From assembly GCF_006345805.1 (NCBI RefSeq), contig NW_021832127.1, positions 177,891 to 241,890 of the forward strand: DNA of 64,000 bases. Direction: 5' to 3'. Source of the stretch: Octopus sinensis (lineage: Eukaryota). Numbering within the stretch: the stretch's first letter is position 1; every line of letters starts with the position of its first letter. The translations under genes were made by a program, and so were the position numbers. The notes under the pieces are model-generated. The model saw only the letters and a list, made by a program, of their open reading frames with translations. It did not search any database and was not told where the DNA came from. This document shows positions 25,911-38,344 of the stretch, piece by piece.

Positions 25911-27089
25911 CCAATTTGAAGTTGGTGTGCACACACAGACAGACACACACCATACCATTTTATTATTAAGATTACATCTTCAAATGTTTTCAAAGCACCA
26001 GAGTGCAGTTTTTCTTTTAAAATAAACTTGATATTATACTTTCTACTGCGCAGAAAAAAATTTCGCTGCGCAGCAAGGTGCAAACTGCTGCGCGGCCGCG
26101 CACGCGCGCAGCTTAGAGGGAACACTGCTTCTGACAATTGACTGTTTTGAGAGCTGAAGCTCTTTGATGCAATTTGAAATTTCCTGTTTATTTTTCATAC
26201 CATCAAATAGTGAATCGGCAGCTTCCAAAAAACAAGATTTTAAAATTTCCCCATCAGTGAAAGGTTTTTTGTGTTTTACGAGGAGACGAGTCACTCGCAA
26301 TGATGCAATTGTTGCAGATCTGGACGAATTAATAAACTTTTTCAAAATTGTATGTTGTGAAAAAAAAGATTTTTTTAATTGTTCAACTTTCTCTTCCCGT
26401 AATAAGGAATTTAAAAAAAAGTGTTTGTTGAACTCGGGATGTAAAGAATTAAAATGCCGACAAAGATTTCCCCTTTTTGGAAATGAAATGATTTTATTGC
26501 ATAGCATACATGTGCATTTTTCCATGTGCATCGTAAAAATATAGTCTTTTTCCCATTTGGCATTAAATTTATATGATTTGGACTTTTTGTTACACCTCAT
26601 AACAAGACACGTGAAAAATACTTACTTTAATATTGATAAATATTTTTTTTATAATAATTTAAATACAAAAAAAATAATTAGCAATTTATATATCGAGCGA
26701 TCGACCACGAAACATGCCGCGATCGACCGGTTGGCCACCCCTGCTCTAAGGTGACCACCAATAAATATACAAAAATACTGGGCTAATATCCACTGAAATG
26801 CCGAGTTTTCTCCAGATCCCATTATCGTGCAGCAATTTGTAAGGTCTACAACGGTAAAGGAATCAATTTAATTGTATTTAATTTGTTAGTCCAACAATTT
26901 ATTACAGCTTTCGTTGGGAGTATTCGCATCTTGAATTACTCTGCTATCTGCAGCAAGAATAACCCCTCCAAGATAGGGTATGGTCACCACTGTTGTCATA
27001 CTTATATGATTCTAAGACGAAATTAGAAAATTCAAAGCTACCATTCGAAACATTTTTATCAATTTAGCACGTTGGTATATTCATAAATA

Positions 27090-27420
27090 CAGCGATACAA
27101 ATAAAAAACGGAACAGCCAATTTCTTAATTTCTTTCTATATAATGCTTAATTTCTTTTAATAAAAAATCGAATTTCAAGCTATAATCTTAACTTTTGCCT
27201 TTTATAAAAATCCAAACGTCAAAGATTTTAATATGTATTTAAACCAAATTTTTTTCAAACAAAATAAAAAAGAGAACAATGGTAGTTCAAAATTTAGTAT
27301 GACCCCCCTGAGCATTAATTGCGTCTAAAATTCTGTTCCGCATTGTTCCAACAAGGGATGTCGCATATTCTATTGAAAGATCATTCCAAATATTTTGAAA
27401 GATCATTGTATCACTTTAAT
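27090..27420 (-). mobile_element. Tc1-like 3' remnant
   Basis: IWNDLSIEYATSLVGTMRNRILDAINAQGGHTKF*; TA|CAG.. terminus at 27088-27092. Confidence 0.6.
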
Positions 27421-27989
27421 CGCGCCGTAGGGTTTATAACCACATCAAAGACGGTAGAATATGAAATTGTAGTATGGTTTTAAGAAATAAGATCAAAGAA
27501 AAATTTATTCTCGCAAAATGGAGTTAGGTGGATTTTTTTAAATTTAATTCGTCAAAAAGACTGGAATTTAGGCTAAACATCTGTTTTTAGATCACTATTG
27601 TTCAAAATACAATAATTCAGTTTTGTACTATTGGATTAAAACAACTTTTTAATCAGATTTTATAAATTTTTCAGTTCCATCATTATGTTATAAAGAATAA
27701 AGCCATGTTCTTCATCTTTATTAGTTTAGCCCCCTTACTTATTTAGTTTAATTATTTTTAAATTTTGTGCAAATAAAATTTTTATTGATTATTCAGTTAC
27801 TCGTTAAATTCAGTTAATCGCCATCTTTTGGCTTGGTCCAAAATTTGATAAGTAAACGGGGTTTGACTTTATTCATATTCTAAAATTTTAAACACTTCGC
27901 AGATGTATGAAAAATAGATTATTCTTTACTCAAGATAATGCCATGAAAATAAAACTTTAATGATATGAAATTAGACAAACATAAAGTGG

Positions 27990-29150
27990 TCAGTTTGTTA
28001 GACAAGAGCTTAGAAATTTTTATTATCAAATAAGCCATTGACCTTATCAGGAGAGCTTTTGGAAGTCCCAGGAATCTCCTTCATAGTTGAACCCACTGGG
28101 ATCGATTGGGGAGATGGGAAGAAACAGGACTGTGTCACTGTGTTTTCTTTCAACAGAGGAAACACATTTATTGTAAACCGCCCCTGGATAAATCGCCACA
28201 ATTTTTTAATGCAAAAAGATGCGGAAGTACTTTTCACTTGTGGAGATCCCGTGAGGCCAATACGATGTCATCCTCATAAAATAGGATGAAATCATTATTG
28301 TCGTTAGGGGGCGGAAGATCTTCCAGGAAGAAGTTGAAAAGGACCGAGGATAAAGAGAATCCCTGAGGTACTCTGTTGGGCAGAAGATGATACGTAGACT
28401 TCAGGCCTCCAAGTCAATTTGAGCTTCCCTCGAAATATCTTCTTTGATAGAATTCTCCTTGAGACAAAGTCAAAGACTTTGTTTATAGCGACAGAAAAAA
28501 GGAAACTTTTTAAGTGTTTCGGTTTGCTTGCAAATCTAGTAAGAATGAAATCCGTGAATGTTTTTAAGCATGTAGACGCGGACTTCTCTTTAAACCTACA
28601 TTGAAAAGACTTTTACGGTAAAAATTCTTTTATTCTTCCAAGAACCATAAACCAATCTGAAAGATGCAGAGTCGTTTCTTTATAAATGGATGTGTCCATA
28701 ATGACGGTATCACATTTGGGTTTATCGAAGTATCCAACACCTCTCATCGAAAAAAGAAAAGGTGCTGACCGTTTCTTCTGTTTGAGGGTAGTGTGTTAGA
28801 TTTTTTCTCCTCATTATGTGATATTTTTGCATAGAACTTTATCAGGTTATTCAACCCTTTTGAATATATTCCTCTGCAGATGCAGTTTAATTGCTCTTTG
28901 CCGCGTGCCGAATGGTTTTCCACATTTGTCACATTAATCGATTTCAGTTTACAGTTTTAAGAACCCAATTCAATTTCAAACACTTTAAACTTTTTATTCT
29001 TAATCCGGTATTCAATGTTCTGATATAGATCATCATGTCTGAAGTCATTCGTTGGATTTCTCGAGACGATTTCTTTCCTTGGCCAAGGCAGACCTCCTTC
29101 GACCAGTAGCAGCATGCCGTTGGTATAGCATCCTCTTGCTTCCAGAATTA
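27990..29150 (-). mobile_element. decayed non-LTR retrotransposon RT
   Basis: INKVFDFV..RVPQGFSLSSVLFNFFLEDLP..ILFYEDD, i.e. degenerate KAFD, PQG and YADD boxes. Confidence 0.7.
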
Positions 29151-29243
29151 TCTTTTTAAGTACCTAATAACCGTGTCCAGAGAGTTAAAGTTGATTAGAT
29201 GACAATTCTTTATTTTTATAAAGTTGGAAGAGTATTAACTAAC

Positions 29244-30487
29244 CAGAGGTTTCCAAATGGGGAGGCGCGCCTCCCTAGGGAGGCGTTGACTCGTGTCAAG
29301 GGAGGCGCGAAAAGTATTTCAGAAACATTTTTTAGAAAATTATATCTATGTAAAAAACGTGACTATATTCCGATAATAAAGTTATTAATTTAAAAATTAT
29401 ATTTTTCAAAAATTTATTTAATTTATTAGACAATTAAATAATTTTAACACATGAATAAATTCTTGAGTGGTTGCAAAAGAAAATTCACGAATAATAAAGA
29501 TTTTGACGATGGTTCAAAAAATCAAAATGATTGGAATATAATCAATACCACTCCAAAGACAAGAAAATACTTTCCATCTTACTTATTGTTAGGATTCACA
29601 CGTATCTTTGTTGATTCTATGGAAAAACCCCTCTGTTTGCTTTGCCTCAAAACACTTGCAGCAGATAGTATGAGGCCATGCAAATTAAGAAGACATTTTG
29701 AAACGATGCATTCTGAACATGTCCATAAGTCTGAAGAATTTTTTAAAAGAAAATTAGAAGAGTTTGATAACCAAACGAAATCGTATTATGGAAATCAAAT
29801 AAAAGCATTTATGAAAAAATTGGTATTATGGAAATCAAATATACAAAAAAATATCTATGACATGTTTCCACTTTTAAAACACTTTTGCGCCATAGTGAAC
29901 ATTGAAGCAAACAAAGACATATTTGCTGAACATTTGGATTGTTTGTTGAAGCATTTTGCTCACTATTTTAAAGATCTCGACTGTAAAATGTTCGAATGGA
30001 TACAGAATCCATTTATTGATGAAGAAGATAATCAATTTGCATTGACAACTTTTGAAAAAGAAAAATTGATAGAATTGTCATGCGATACATTATTGAAACA
30101 AAAATTTGAGAGAGAACCGCTAATTTCTTTTTGGTTGAATGTAAGAACGGAATATGAAATTTTGTCGAATAAAGCAATGAAAGTTTTGTTGCCATTTGCT
30201 ACTTCATATTTATGCGAAACTGGATTTTCTGCACTAGCTGCAATTAAATCTAAATATCGAACTCGTTTAGTAGTGACTAATGAGCTAAGAGTAGCACTCT
30301 CTGCGATGACACCAAGATTTGAAAAACTTTGCGCCAAGATGGAAAAAAAATTATCTCATTAACTTTTTGTTTTAAAAAATTGTTTTTGATAAAAATAAAT
30401 TGTATTATATTATGGAATATAAAGGGAGGCGCAAGATTGTACTTTTTCTCTAAGGGAGGCGCGTAAAAAAAAGCTTGGAAACCTCTG
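29244..30487 (+). mobile_element. internally deleted Buster hAT with an open 303-aa ORF (29451..30362)
   Basis: 13-bp TIR CAGAGGTTTCCAA; TSD aacTAac(c). About 99% identical to 35409-37601 but lacks the catalytic middle. Confidence 0.93.
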
Positions 30488-30578
30488 AACTAACCCGAGG
30501 GATTATCAAACCGTGAGATATGAACTATGTGTAAGAACATTAGTAGAATGGCTTACAAGTTGAATTAATAATCAAATA

Positions 30579-33447
30579 TGTCACAGGCGCAGCGAGCGAC
30601 CGAGCGCTAGACGCATGTTATTGCAGAAATTGAGAACATGTTATAGTTGTAGCAGAAATTGAGAACATGTTATCTACTAATCCCGTGGACCTTTTAATTG
30701 TGAATGAAACGAAATTAAAACAACAGGATGATTATTATCTGAATGGCTATTACTCCCTAGATATCAAATGGAAGTCGGGTTCGATAGCTGGAACGGGGAC
30801 TTCTATATTTTACAAATCAACTTTGAGAGTGAAAAATTTGAAAATTGTTTCTGAAGAACTCTGTGAATTTGTCACAATCGATGTTCGACTTGAAAAAACA
30901 TGGATTAAAATTGGAGGGATGTATTCGAAATATCTTTCTAATACCCATCGCTTATCAAGAATTTTTTCGCTGATAAGCACAAGCCTTATCAATACTCCTT
31001 GGAGATTTGAATGCTAAGTGCTCCTCCTTCGGCTGTATGGGGATTAACAGGGATGGTCTCATTCTTAAGAAACTTTCAACATCCTTTGGATTTTCAGTCT
31101 TCACATCCAAAACACCGAATCATTACTCTCCAGGAGGGTGGGACTATTTGGGCTTGGCTTTGGTGTCTTTGCCTGCCCTTAAACTCTTGGAAGAACCGAT
31201 TACTATCAATGACATTGGGAGTGATCATCTGCCGATCTTATATAAACTCAACGTCACCCCGTTGAAGGTTACGCCTACTTTCATACGATACAACCTTACT
31301 CCCATAAACTGGGATCACTACAGAAAATGTTTTGAAATTTATCTGAACAAATTTGCCCCTCAACTTGGGGATAATTCTTCAGGAGAAGATTTGGAAAAGT
31401 CGAGCAATTTTCTTATTGGCTTCATAAAGTCTTATCTAGAAATATACTCTTCCAAAATCACCTCTAACAGTAAGAAAATTCCGTTGACATGCAAAAATGT
31501 CCTTTTAAAGAAAAAACAATGCCTAAGGAACAAACTTTGTCGTTGTGTGGACTTTCACGACCGATCTGTTCTAAAAAACGAAATATTTGCCATTTCCCAG
31601 GAAATAAAAAGGTCAACAATTGCTGCTAAGAATAAAGAATGGAAGGCTGAATGCAATAAACTACATAAAGCAAATCCAAACTTTTGGAAAGTTTTCGGAA
31701 AATTATCCACTTCAAATCCGAGGTAGCAATACCGCAACTGTTAAATCAAGATGGATCCCCTGCTTCTCTTGAAGAAATACCAAATATATTTGGAGACAGT
31801 CTTAAAGGAACTCAGGAGGTCAACCCGGACTTACTGTTATCTGGACCAGCACTGTGTCATATGAAAAAAGAATTGGATGGACTCCTCAGCTCGTTGCCTT
31901 TGTGCACGATAGCTATAACTTGCAAAGACGTGGAGGACGCAATAAAATGCTCGAAGGATAATGCCCCAGGAAGAGACAAGATAACAATGCGATTGTTCAA
32001 AGAAGCACCGAGGGAACTTTATGAATATTTGAGATGTCTTTTCTCCTGTAGTCTTCATCTTGGATACGTCCCCTCCTCCTGGAAATTAACGGAGGTTAGG
32101 ATGATACTGAAGCCAGGAAAACCTCGCTACTTGCCAACAAGCTATAGGCCGATAAGCCTGATTCCTACCATCAGCCGAATCATGGAAAGGATATTGCTGT
32201 GGAGACTCTCGGAACATGTGGAGAGCAAAAATATTTTAAAAAATGCGCAGTGGGGTTTCCGCAGAAATCGCTCTTGTGGGGACTGTCATTATACGGTTAA
32301 TTCGTTAATTATGAAGGCTCTGGATACCAAGGGATCTCTGACGATGGCATGTCTTGACATTTCGAAGGCATTCGACAGTGTATGGCATTTTGGCCTTCTG
32401 AGACATCTGGCGAAGTGTCAGATAGATAGAGAACTGTTTCTATGGCTACAGGACTTCCTCCGCGACAGACGATCAGTGGTTAGCTTACTGAACCATGACT
32501 CGGATGAGCTAAAATTAAAAAGAGGTGTCCCCCAGGGATCAGTACTCAGTCCTCTGTTATTCAACATTGTAATGAGTAATCTACCTTCTCCAAATGATGT
32601 ACGGACGGAAATTCTAATATATGCGGATGATGTGGTCATCCTCGATGTTTCACCGAAACCTGCCTTATCTGAACATCGAATGCTGTCATATATGGAAGAG
32701 GTCGAACATTGGTGCAGAAATAACATGCTGACTGCGCACGTGAGAAGTCTGCCCTGTTGAGAATCACAGAAAGTAGAAATCTTAAAAATTCACCATGTCT
32801 GATTACTAACATACCACGACAACATTCAATAAAATACCTGGATTGCAAATTGAAGAAAATGGTAAATACACTGAATATGCGAAAATTCGGAAAAAGAAAG
32901 CAACAAACGCTCTGTTTTTCCTAAGAAAGTTTAATCTGGAACCAGATACTTTCCTTTATGTTTTTAACACGGTGATCTTACCAGGACTTATATTTGGAAA
33001 AGAGGCATGGTACTTCTCTAGAAAGAGGAGTTCCATTATCGAGAAGTTCGAAAAAACTCGGAGACTGGCGTTAAAAATCGCCTACTCCCAAAGCCCGGAA
33101 TGCCCGATTCCCCCATGGCTCGAGGCTAAAACGCCCACGGTGGGGGAAATCGTTGAAAAAGGCATCAAAAACTACAAACTTTGGTCAACAGTCACTGGGA
33201 CTTACCTGCAAAGGTAATTCTATACTGAGACGTTGGGGTCCCTCTTTTCTTTTTGTTTCGCGGAAGAAGTCGGTAAGCAAGCCTTACCGTTTCATTAATT
33301 ATTACCCCACATACTATTCTTTGTTACCTAAATAAAGTTGTTACCTACCTTACCTGGGTATTTGTCAATTTATAAATTGTTTGATTGATCGCATCTAGAA
33401 ATTGAGTGGTCGCTCGCTGCGCTCCGTCGCTCGCTGCGCCTGTGACA
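30579..33447. mobile_element. TGT..ACA terminal-inverted-repeat element (Ginger-like MITE) enclosing a LINE
   Basis: Perfect 22-bp TIR TGTCACAGGCGCAGCGAGCGAC; 5-bp TSD AAATA (30574-30578, 33448-33452). Confidence 0.8.
30623..33355 (+). mobile_element. APE-RT LINE ORF2, slightly 5'-truncated, three 1-nt frameshifts
   Basis: APE motifs VNETK, GD(L)NAK, SDHLPI; RT motifs YRPISL, DISKAFD, GVPQGSVLSPLLF, YADD; AATAAA and a TACC-like tail. Confidence 0.9.
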
Positions 33448-34539
33448 AAATATAAGCAGCCAGTCTCAAAGCAATTAAATTCCTATAAAAACGAATTTTT
33501 CCCGCCAAGAGTAAAATCTGGAAGAAAAGTCAATTTTGTGAGCTCAATATTCCTCATTTCTATGTGAGATGGATTCGATCAACATACAACTGTCTGGGAC
33601 TCCCTTCGTCCCCCCTGCAATTTTACACTTCTCTTTACTTCAGGCTGCCATTTCAAATCCGAAATTGGGACAGAATTGGGTCCTCAAATGGCTGTACTCG
33701 TTTGCCTTGACAGATCATCAAAACATTCACGTTTAGATTGTTTTATATTTCCAATTAGTTGTACTTGGATTGTCTCCGCTTTATCAATGGGTGGTGTGTA
33801 GGAGGTGAAGTCAACTCCAAATGTCCCGCTTCGTGTATCCATTTCTGGGGATAATTATCCCTCATTGAAGCACAGTTAAGGTACATAGGGAATGATGATG
33901 ATTTGTTGAGTCTTATATTTTGGGCGACTTTGATGAGTCGTTTTTGGTAGTCGAACTGCCTCGGAGTAACTATTTGGGGTGCCTGCATGGACTGTTCATA
34001 CTCTGACACTGCTTGCCGCCCAATTTGTTGAAGAACTCGGGTTATTCGAGTCATTTCCCTCCTCCTGTGCCATGATGCGGCGTATTCTGTCCATTTTTGC
34101 CACTTTTGGATCCTTCATCTGATGGCTGGAGCAGGATTATAAATGGAAAAATTAAAACTGAAAACTCGAAGAGATTCCAAGGACATCTTTAATAATGAAT
34201 ATCCCTGAAGGAATCCATTAAACAAAAATGTTTTGAATGAAAAATTTGCATAGGAAAAATTTTAAAAAAATAATTAAGAAACTAATTGTTATGAAGATCT
34301 CTGATGTCAGAGCACAGACGGACGCTGATTTCCTAAATACGTAAACCAACGGAGTATCATTGACTGTCAATTTTGACATGCAAACAGATCTGATCTGTAT
34401 GTCACAGAAAGTGAGCTCCGTGAAGAAGGCCTCAGTACGAAGACGATCAGAAGAAAGCCAATGTCAAATTAAACTCTGCACTTGATTGAGGAACAAGCAC
34501 TTCGGTGCTTTCTTTTTATCTTCTGGTTAACGATTTTTC

Positions 34540-34770
34540 CTTGTTCTTTGGGTTTTGGATTTTTTAAGGAATAAAGACAATTCAAAAACGCGCATAAACC
34601 TAAGTTTCCAAAGTTTGAAAAGAAATTGATTGAATAGATGAAGGAAATGAAGTCCAAAAATACATTCCAAAAAAGTAAAGAAGCACTTTTTGCGGATGAG
34701 TTACAACTCAATAATTTCAAAAATTCTAATGGATTCTTGAAGATTTCTTAGGCATTGAATATACGAAAAA
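34540..34770 (+). mobile_element. pogo/Tigger CENP-B HTH remnant
   Basis: HKPKFPKFEKKLIE*..FADELQLNNFKNSNGFL resembles KYPELE..FKASNGWL. Confidence 0.5.
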
Positions 34771-34929
34771 TCGAACATTTATTGCCACCATGCAGACTGG
34801 CAGGGACGCCAGATTGGTCAGGTCAATTATCTAAATACAAAACAAATATTTTTCCGACAAAACATTTCATTGCTAATAAGAAAACTTAAAAAGATTATCA
34901 TTAATTAACGTTTTAGTTTAATTAAATCG

Positions 34930-35100
34930 AGATTCTCTCGAAAAAATAAAGAAGTATCTGGAATCAGGTCACCTTGATGATTCCTGAGTTCGGGGAAAGA
35001 GTACGAATACGAAGATATGCCAAAAATTCAGTTTCATGGAGAACAACACCCTCATTACTAAAAATGACTCAAAGTTGCGTTTCTTTTTGCTCAAAGACGC
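34930..35100 (+). mobile_element. rve-element N-terminal remnant
   Basis: Homologous to 63870-64000 on the minus strand (LESGHL..IRRYAKKFSFKENN). Confidence 0.5.
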
Positions 35101-35408
35101 TGGACTTAGGTTAAAATGTATTGAAGTAGTGTATTTGTTTATTTAAATTAAACTCAACACAATCTTAATCAATTTGAATGTTATAAATTGTACAGTTTAT
35201 TGACACTCACCATTTATGGTACCAGACGTACTGATGTGGCTTCTGTGGTATCTTAATGTTTTTATTGTCAGGTAAATTACCAATTTAATTAATTCTTGTC
35301 GAAACGATTCCTTTCGACTAAATCAGTAATAACGTCAATTATTGCTTCTTCACGAAAACGCCAAACTGTTTCCCCGGATAATGGCGATCGAGAACCATTG
35401 CAATAGAT

Positions 35409-37601
35409 CAGAGGTTTCCAAATGGGGAGGCGCGCCTCCTAGGGAGGCGTTGACTCGTGTCAAGGGAGGCGCGAAAAGTATTTCAGAAACATTTTTTAGA
35501 AAATTATATCTATGTAAAAAACGTGACTATATTCCGATAATAAGAGTTATTAATTTAAAAATTATATTTTTTCAAAAATTTATTTAATTTATTAGACAAT
35601 TAAATAATTTTAACACATGAATAAATTCTTGAGTGGTTGCAAAAGAAAATTCACGAATAATAAAGATTTTGACGATGGTTCAAAAAATCAAAATGATTGG
35701 AATATAATCAATACCACTCCAAAGACAAGAAAATACTTTCCATCTTACTTATTGTTAGGATTCACACGTATCTTTGTTGATTCTATGGAAAAACCCCTCT
35801 GTTTGCTTTGCCTCAAAACACTTGCAGCAGATAGTATGAGGCCATGCAAATTAAGAAGACATTTTGAAACGATGCATTCTGAACATGTCCATAAGTCTGA
35901 AGAATTTTTTAAAAGAAAATTAGAAGAGTTTGATAACCAAACGAAATCGTTAAAAAAACTTGTTTCTGTCTCTTCAAATGCTTTACTAGCATCGTACAAA
36001 GTTTCTTACAGGATTGCAAAATGCAAGAAACCGCACAATATCGGAGAAACTCTAGTTTTGCCAGCAGCTATCGATATGGTTGAAGCAATGTTTGGCGAAT
36101 CCTATGCAAAACAATTACAGCAAATACCGCTTGCTGATAACACAGTCGCTAGAAGAATTGATGACATATCTGAAGATCTTTGTGATCAGTTGGTTTCTCG
36201 ACTACGTAACTGTAAATTGCTATACAAGTTGATGAGGGAGCTGACATAAATAAAAATGCACATTTAATTGCATATGTCAGATATGCTGAAGAAAGTACAA
36301 TAATAGAAGATCTATTATTCTGCAAACCATTTCCTGGAAGGAGCACGGCCAATGAAATTTTTAATATAATGATACTTTTTTTGAAGAAAATAACATAGAA
36401 TGGATCAATTGTGTTGGACTTTGTACAGACGGAGCACAGTCAATGTCAGGAAATAAATCTGGTCTTCAAGCTCTTGTAAAAAACAGAGCACCAGAAATTA
36501 TCTGGACGCACTGCATGCTGCACAGATCAGCACTTGTCTCAAAGAATATGAGTCCAGAACTGAACGATATTTTTGCGCAAATTACAAAAGTTATAAACTA
36601 CATAAAACACAGTCCTTTAAGAGCTAAGCTTTTTGCAAAGCTGTGTGAAGATATGGATTCAAAATATACATCGCTTTTATACTATTGTGAGGTACGCTGG
36701 CTATCTCGTGCAAAAGTGATTAGAAGGGTGTTTGAACTCAAAGATCAAGTTGCAGATTTTCTTGATGAAAATGATATTGAAGATGCAAAGTTGTTCAGGG
36801 ATGATGACTTTATTGTCAAATTTGCCTATTTAGTTGACATTTTTGGGAAATTGAGTATATTGAATAAATCAATGCAGGGACCACAACTACATTTATTCTC
36901 TCAAAAGGACAAAATAAAAGCATTTATGAAAAAATTGGTATTATGGAAATCAAATATACAAAAAAATATCTATGACATGTTTCCACTTTTAAACACCTTT
37001 TGCGCCATAGTGAACATTGAAGCAAACAAAGACATATTTGCTGAACATTTGGATTGTTTGTTGAAGCATTTTGCTCACTATTTTAAAGATCTCGACTGTA
37101 AAATGTTCGAATGGATACAGAATCCATTTATTGATGAAGGAGATAATCAATTTGCATTGACAACTTTTGAAAAAGAAAAATTGATAGAATTGTCATGCGA
37201 TACATTATTGAAACAAAAATTTGAGAGAGAACCGCTAATTTCTTTTTGGTTGAATGTAAAAACGGAATATGAAATTTTGTCGAATAAAGCAATGAAAGTT
37301 TTGTTGCCATTTGCTACTTCATATTTATGCGAAACTGGATTTTCTGCACTAGCTGCAATTAATCTAAATATCGAACTCGTTTAGTAGTGACTAATGAGCT
37401 AAGAGTAGCACTCTCTGCGATGACACCAAGATTTGAAAAACTTTGCGCCAAGATGGAAAAAAAATTATCTCATTAACTTTTTGTTTTAAAAATTGTTTTT
37501 GATAAAATAATAATTGTATTATATTATGGAATATAAAGGGAGGCGCAAGATTGTACTTTTTCTCTAAGGGAGGCGCGTAAAAAAAAGCTTGGAAACCTCT
37601 G
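35409..37601 (+). mobile_element. full-length Buster hAT, intronless, 1-nt frameshifts (transposase 35617..~37435)
   Basis: TIR CAGAGGTTTCCAA; perfect TSD caaTAgat. CLLC..HFETMH, QVDEG, TDGAQSM, CEVRWLS, YLCETGFS. Confidence 0.95.
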
Positions 37602-37849
37602 CAATAGATTGTTTTTGTGATATCATTATAAAGTGGTCAAAGTTTGTTTATCAATTTTCTCATTTTTTAAATTGGCCAATTGACCCAACGGAGTCGTATT
37701 CGCGATAACTTGCTTTCTCACGTGAAGATTGAGTTCACATTATTCGACCACTAAAGTCGGCTGCTACATTTTTTAGGCCTGTGTAGGTGGCAGAGAGGGC
37801 AAAAAATGGTGAGGAATGAAGTTGTTTTTAAAACATCGAAAAAAGAATT

Positions 37850-38340
37850 TTATGATTAATCATGAAGCAAAAATTAAAATGTTTGGATTATGACAACTGG
37901 TTGGAGACTCTAGGAAGTGAAAATATTTTTAACTGTGATGAAGTAGCTTTATACATAAACAAATGCCTTCAAAATTTTTTGTTCAATTTAATGATAAATG
38001 CAATAGAATTTAAAAAAATAAAGCGAAGGTTTCCTTTCACTTTTGGCGTAATCCACTTAGTAAAAAGTTAAAAAATAATTTTTATTGCTTTAAAAACTTT
38101 GTGGATGATTAGTGATATTTTTGTGACATGGTTATGGAAAGTAAAACAAGAATGATGAATGAAAACAGAAAAATTGTTTTAATATTGGATAATGCGAACT
38201 GTCACAGAATTGCAGAAGATTCCAATATTCATTTACTTTTTCTTCTAAAAAATACGACTGCTTTGGTTCAACTCTTAGATATGGGATTAATAAAATCATG
38301 TTTAAGAGGAAAAGTTGTTTGGAACAATAGTCCATAAGGG
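37850..38340 (+). mobile_element. pogo/Tigger DDE remnant
   Basis: IFNCDE, IVLILDNANCH, NTTALVQLLDMGLIKS. Confidence 0.7.
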
Positions 38341-38344
38341 AGAC

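Larger units (their letters stand above)
22648..25971 (-). mobile_element. non-autonomous Helitron, copy B (longer helicase remnant)
   Basis: A|TC 5' end at 25971; CTAG 3' end abutting the TC of copy A. Helicase [25 protein letters not shown]...GEDVYIPRIP. Confidence 0.92.
20181..26127 (-). mobile_element. non-autonomous hAT (563 bp without the Helitrons) retaining a ZNF862-like C-terminal stub
   Basis: TIR CAGTGTTCCCTCTAAGC; perfect 8-bp TSD cttctgac (20173-20180, 26128-26135). The stub FEDV/IYYIL..SSADAERGFS.MNCIKTKLRNRL rejoins when the Helitrons are removed. Confidence 0.9.
18715..26743 (-). mobile_element. hAT (Buster/SPIN, GTF2IRD2-like) transposon, ~2.07 kb without inserts, frameshifted
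   Basis: 15-bp TIR CAGGGGTGGCCAACC; TSD ctcTAggg/ctcTAagg (7/8 match). Transposase CMLC..HFNSLH, QFDES, TDGAPAM, DIRWLS, YLSETSFS. LSKQSIVR/RAESIS rejoins across the inner insertion. Confidence 0.93.
18603..27053 (-). pseudogene. proteasome beta-type subunit pseudogene split by the TE nest (parts 27053-26744 and 18714-18603)
   Basis: MFRM/30-nt intron/NHISMTTVVTIPYLGGVILAADSRV..NKL, then IDSF..CTIMGSGENSAFQWI, and beyond the nest SITKNEAIKLANDPIKHAAQKDQITGG. The central ~70 codons are absent and stops are present. Confidence 0.7.

Noticed and set aside
33755-34150. LINE ORF1 or host gene fragment
   Set aside because: Coding-like composition but no recognisable motif.
35617-37435. Tiny introns explaining the Buster frameshifts (likewise in the LINE at 30623 and in hAT-A)
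   Set aside because: The junctions are 1-nt indels with no extra 24-30 nt GT-AG segment; some may be sequencing errors.
29244-37601. Composite transposon bounded by the two Buster copies
   Set aside because: Each copy has its own TSD (aactaac vs caatagat), so they are independent insertions.
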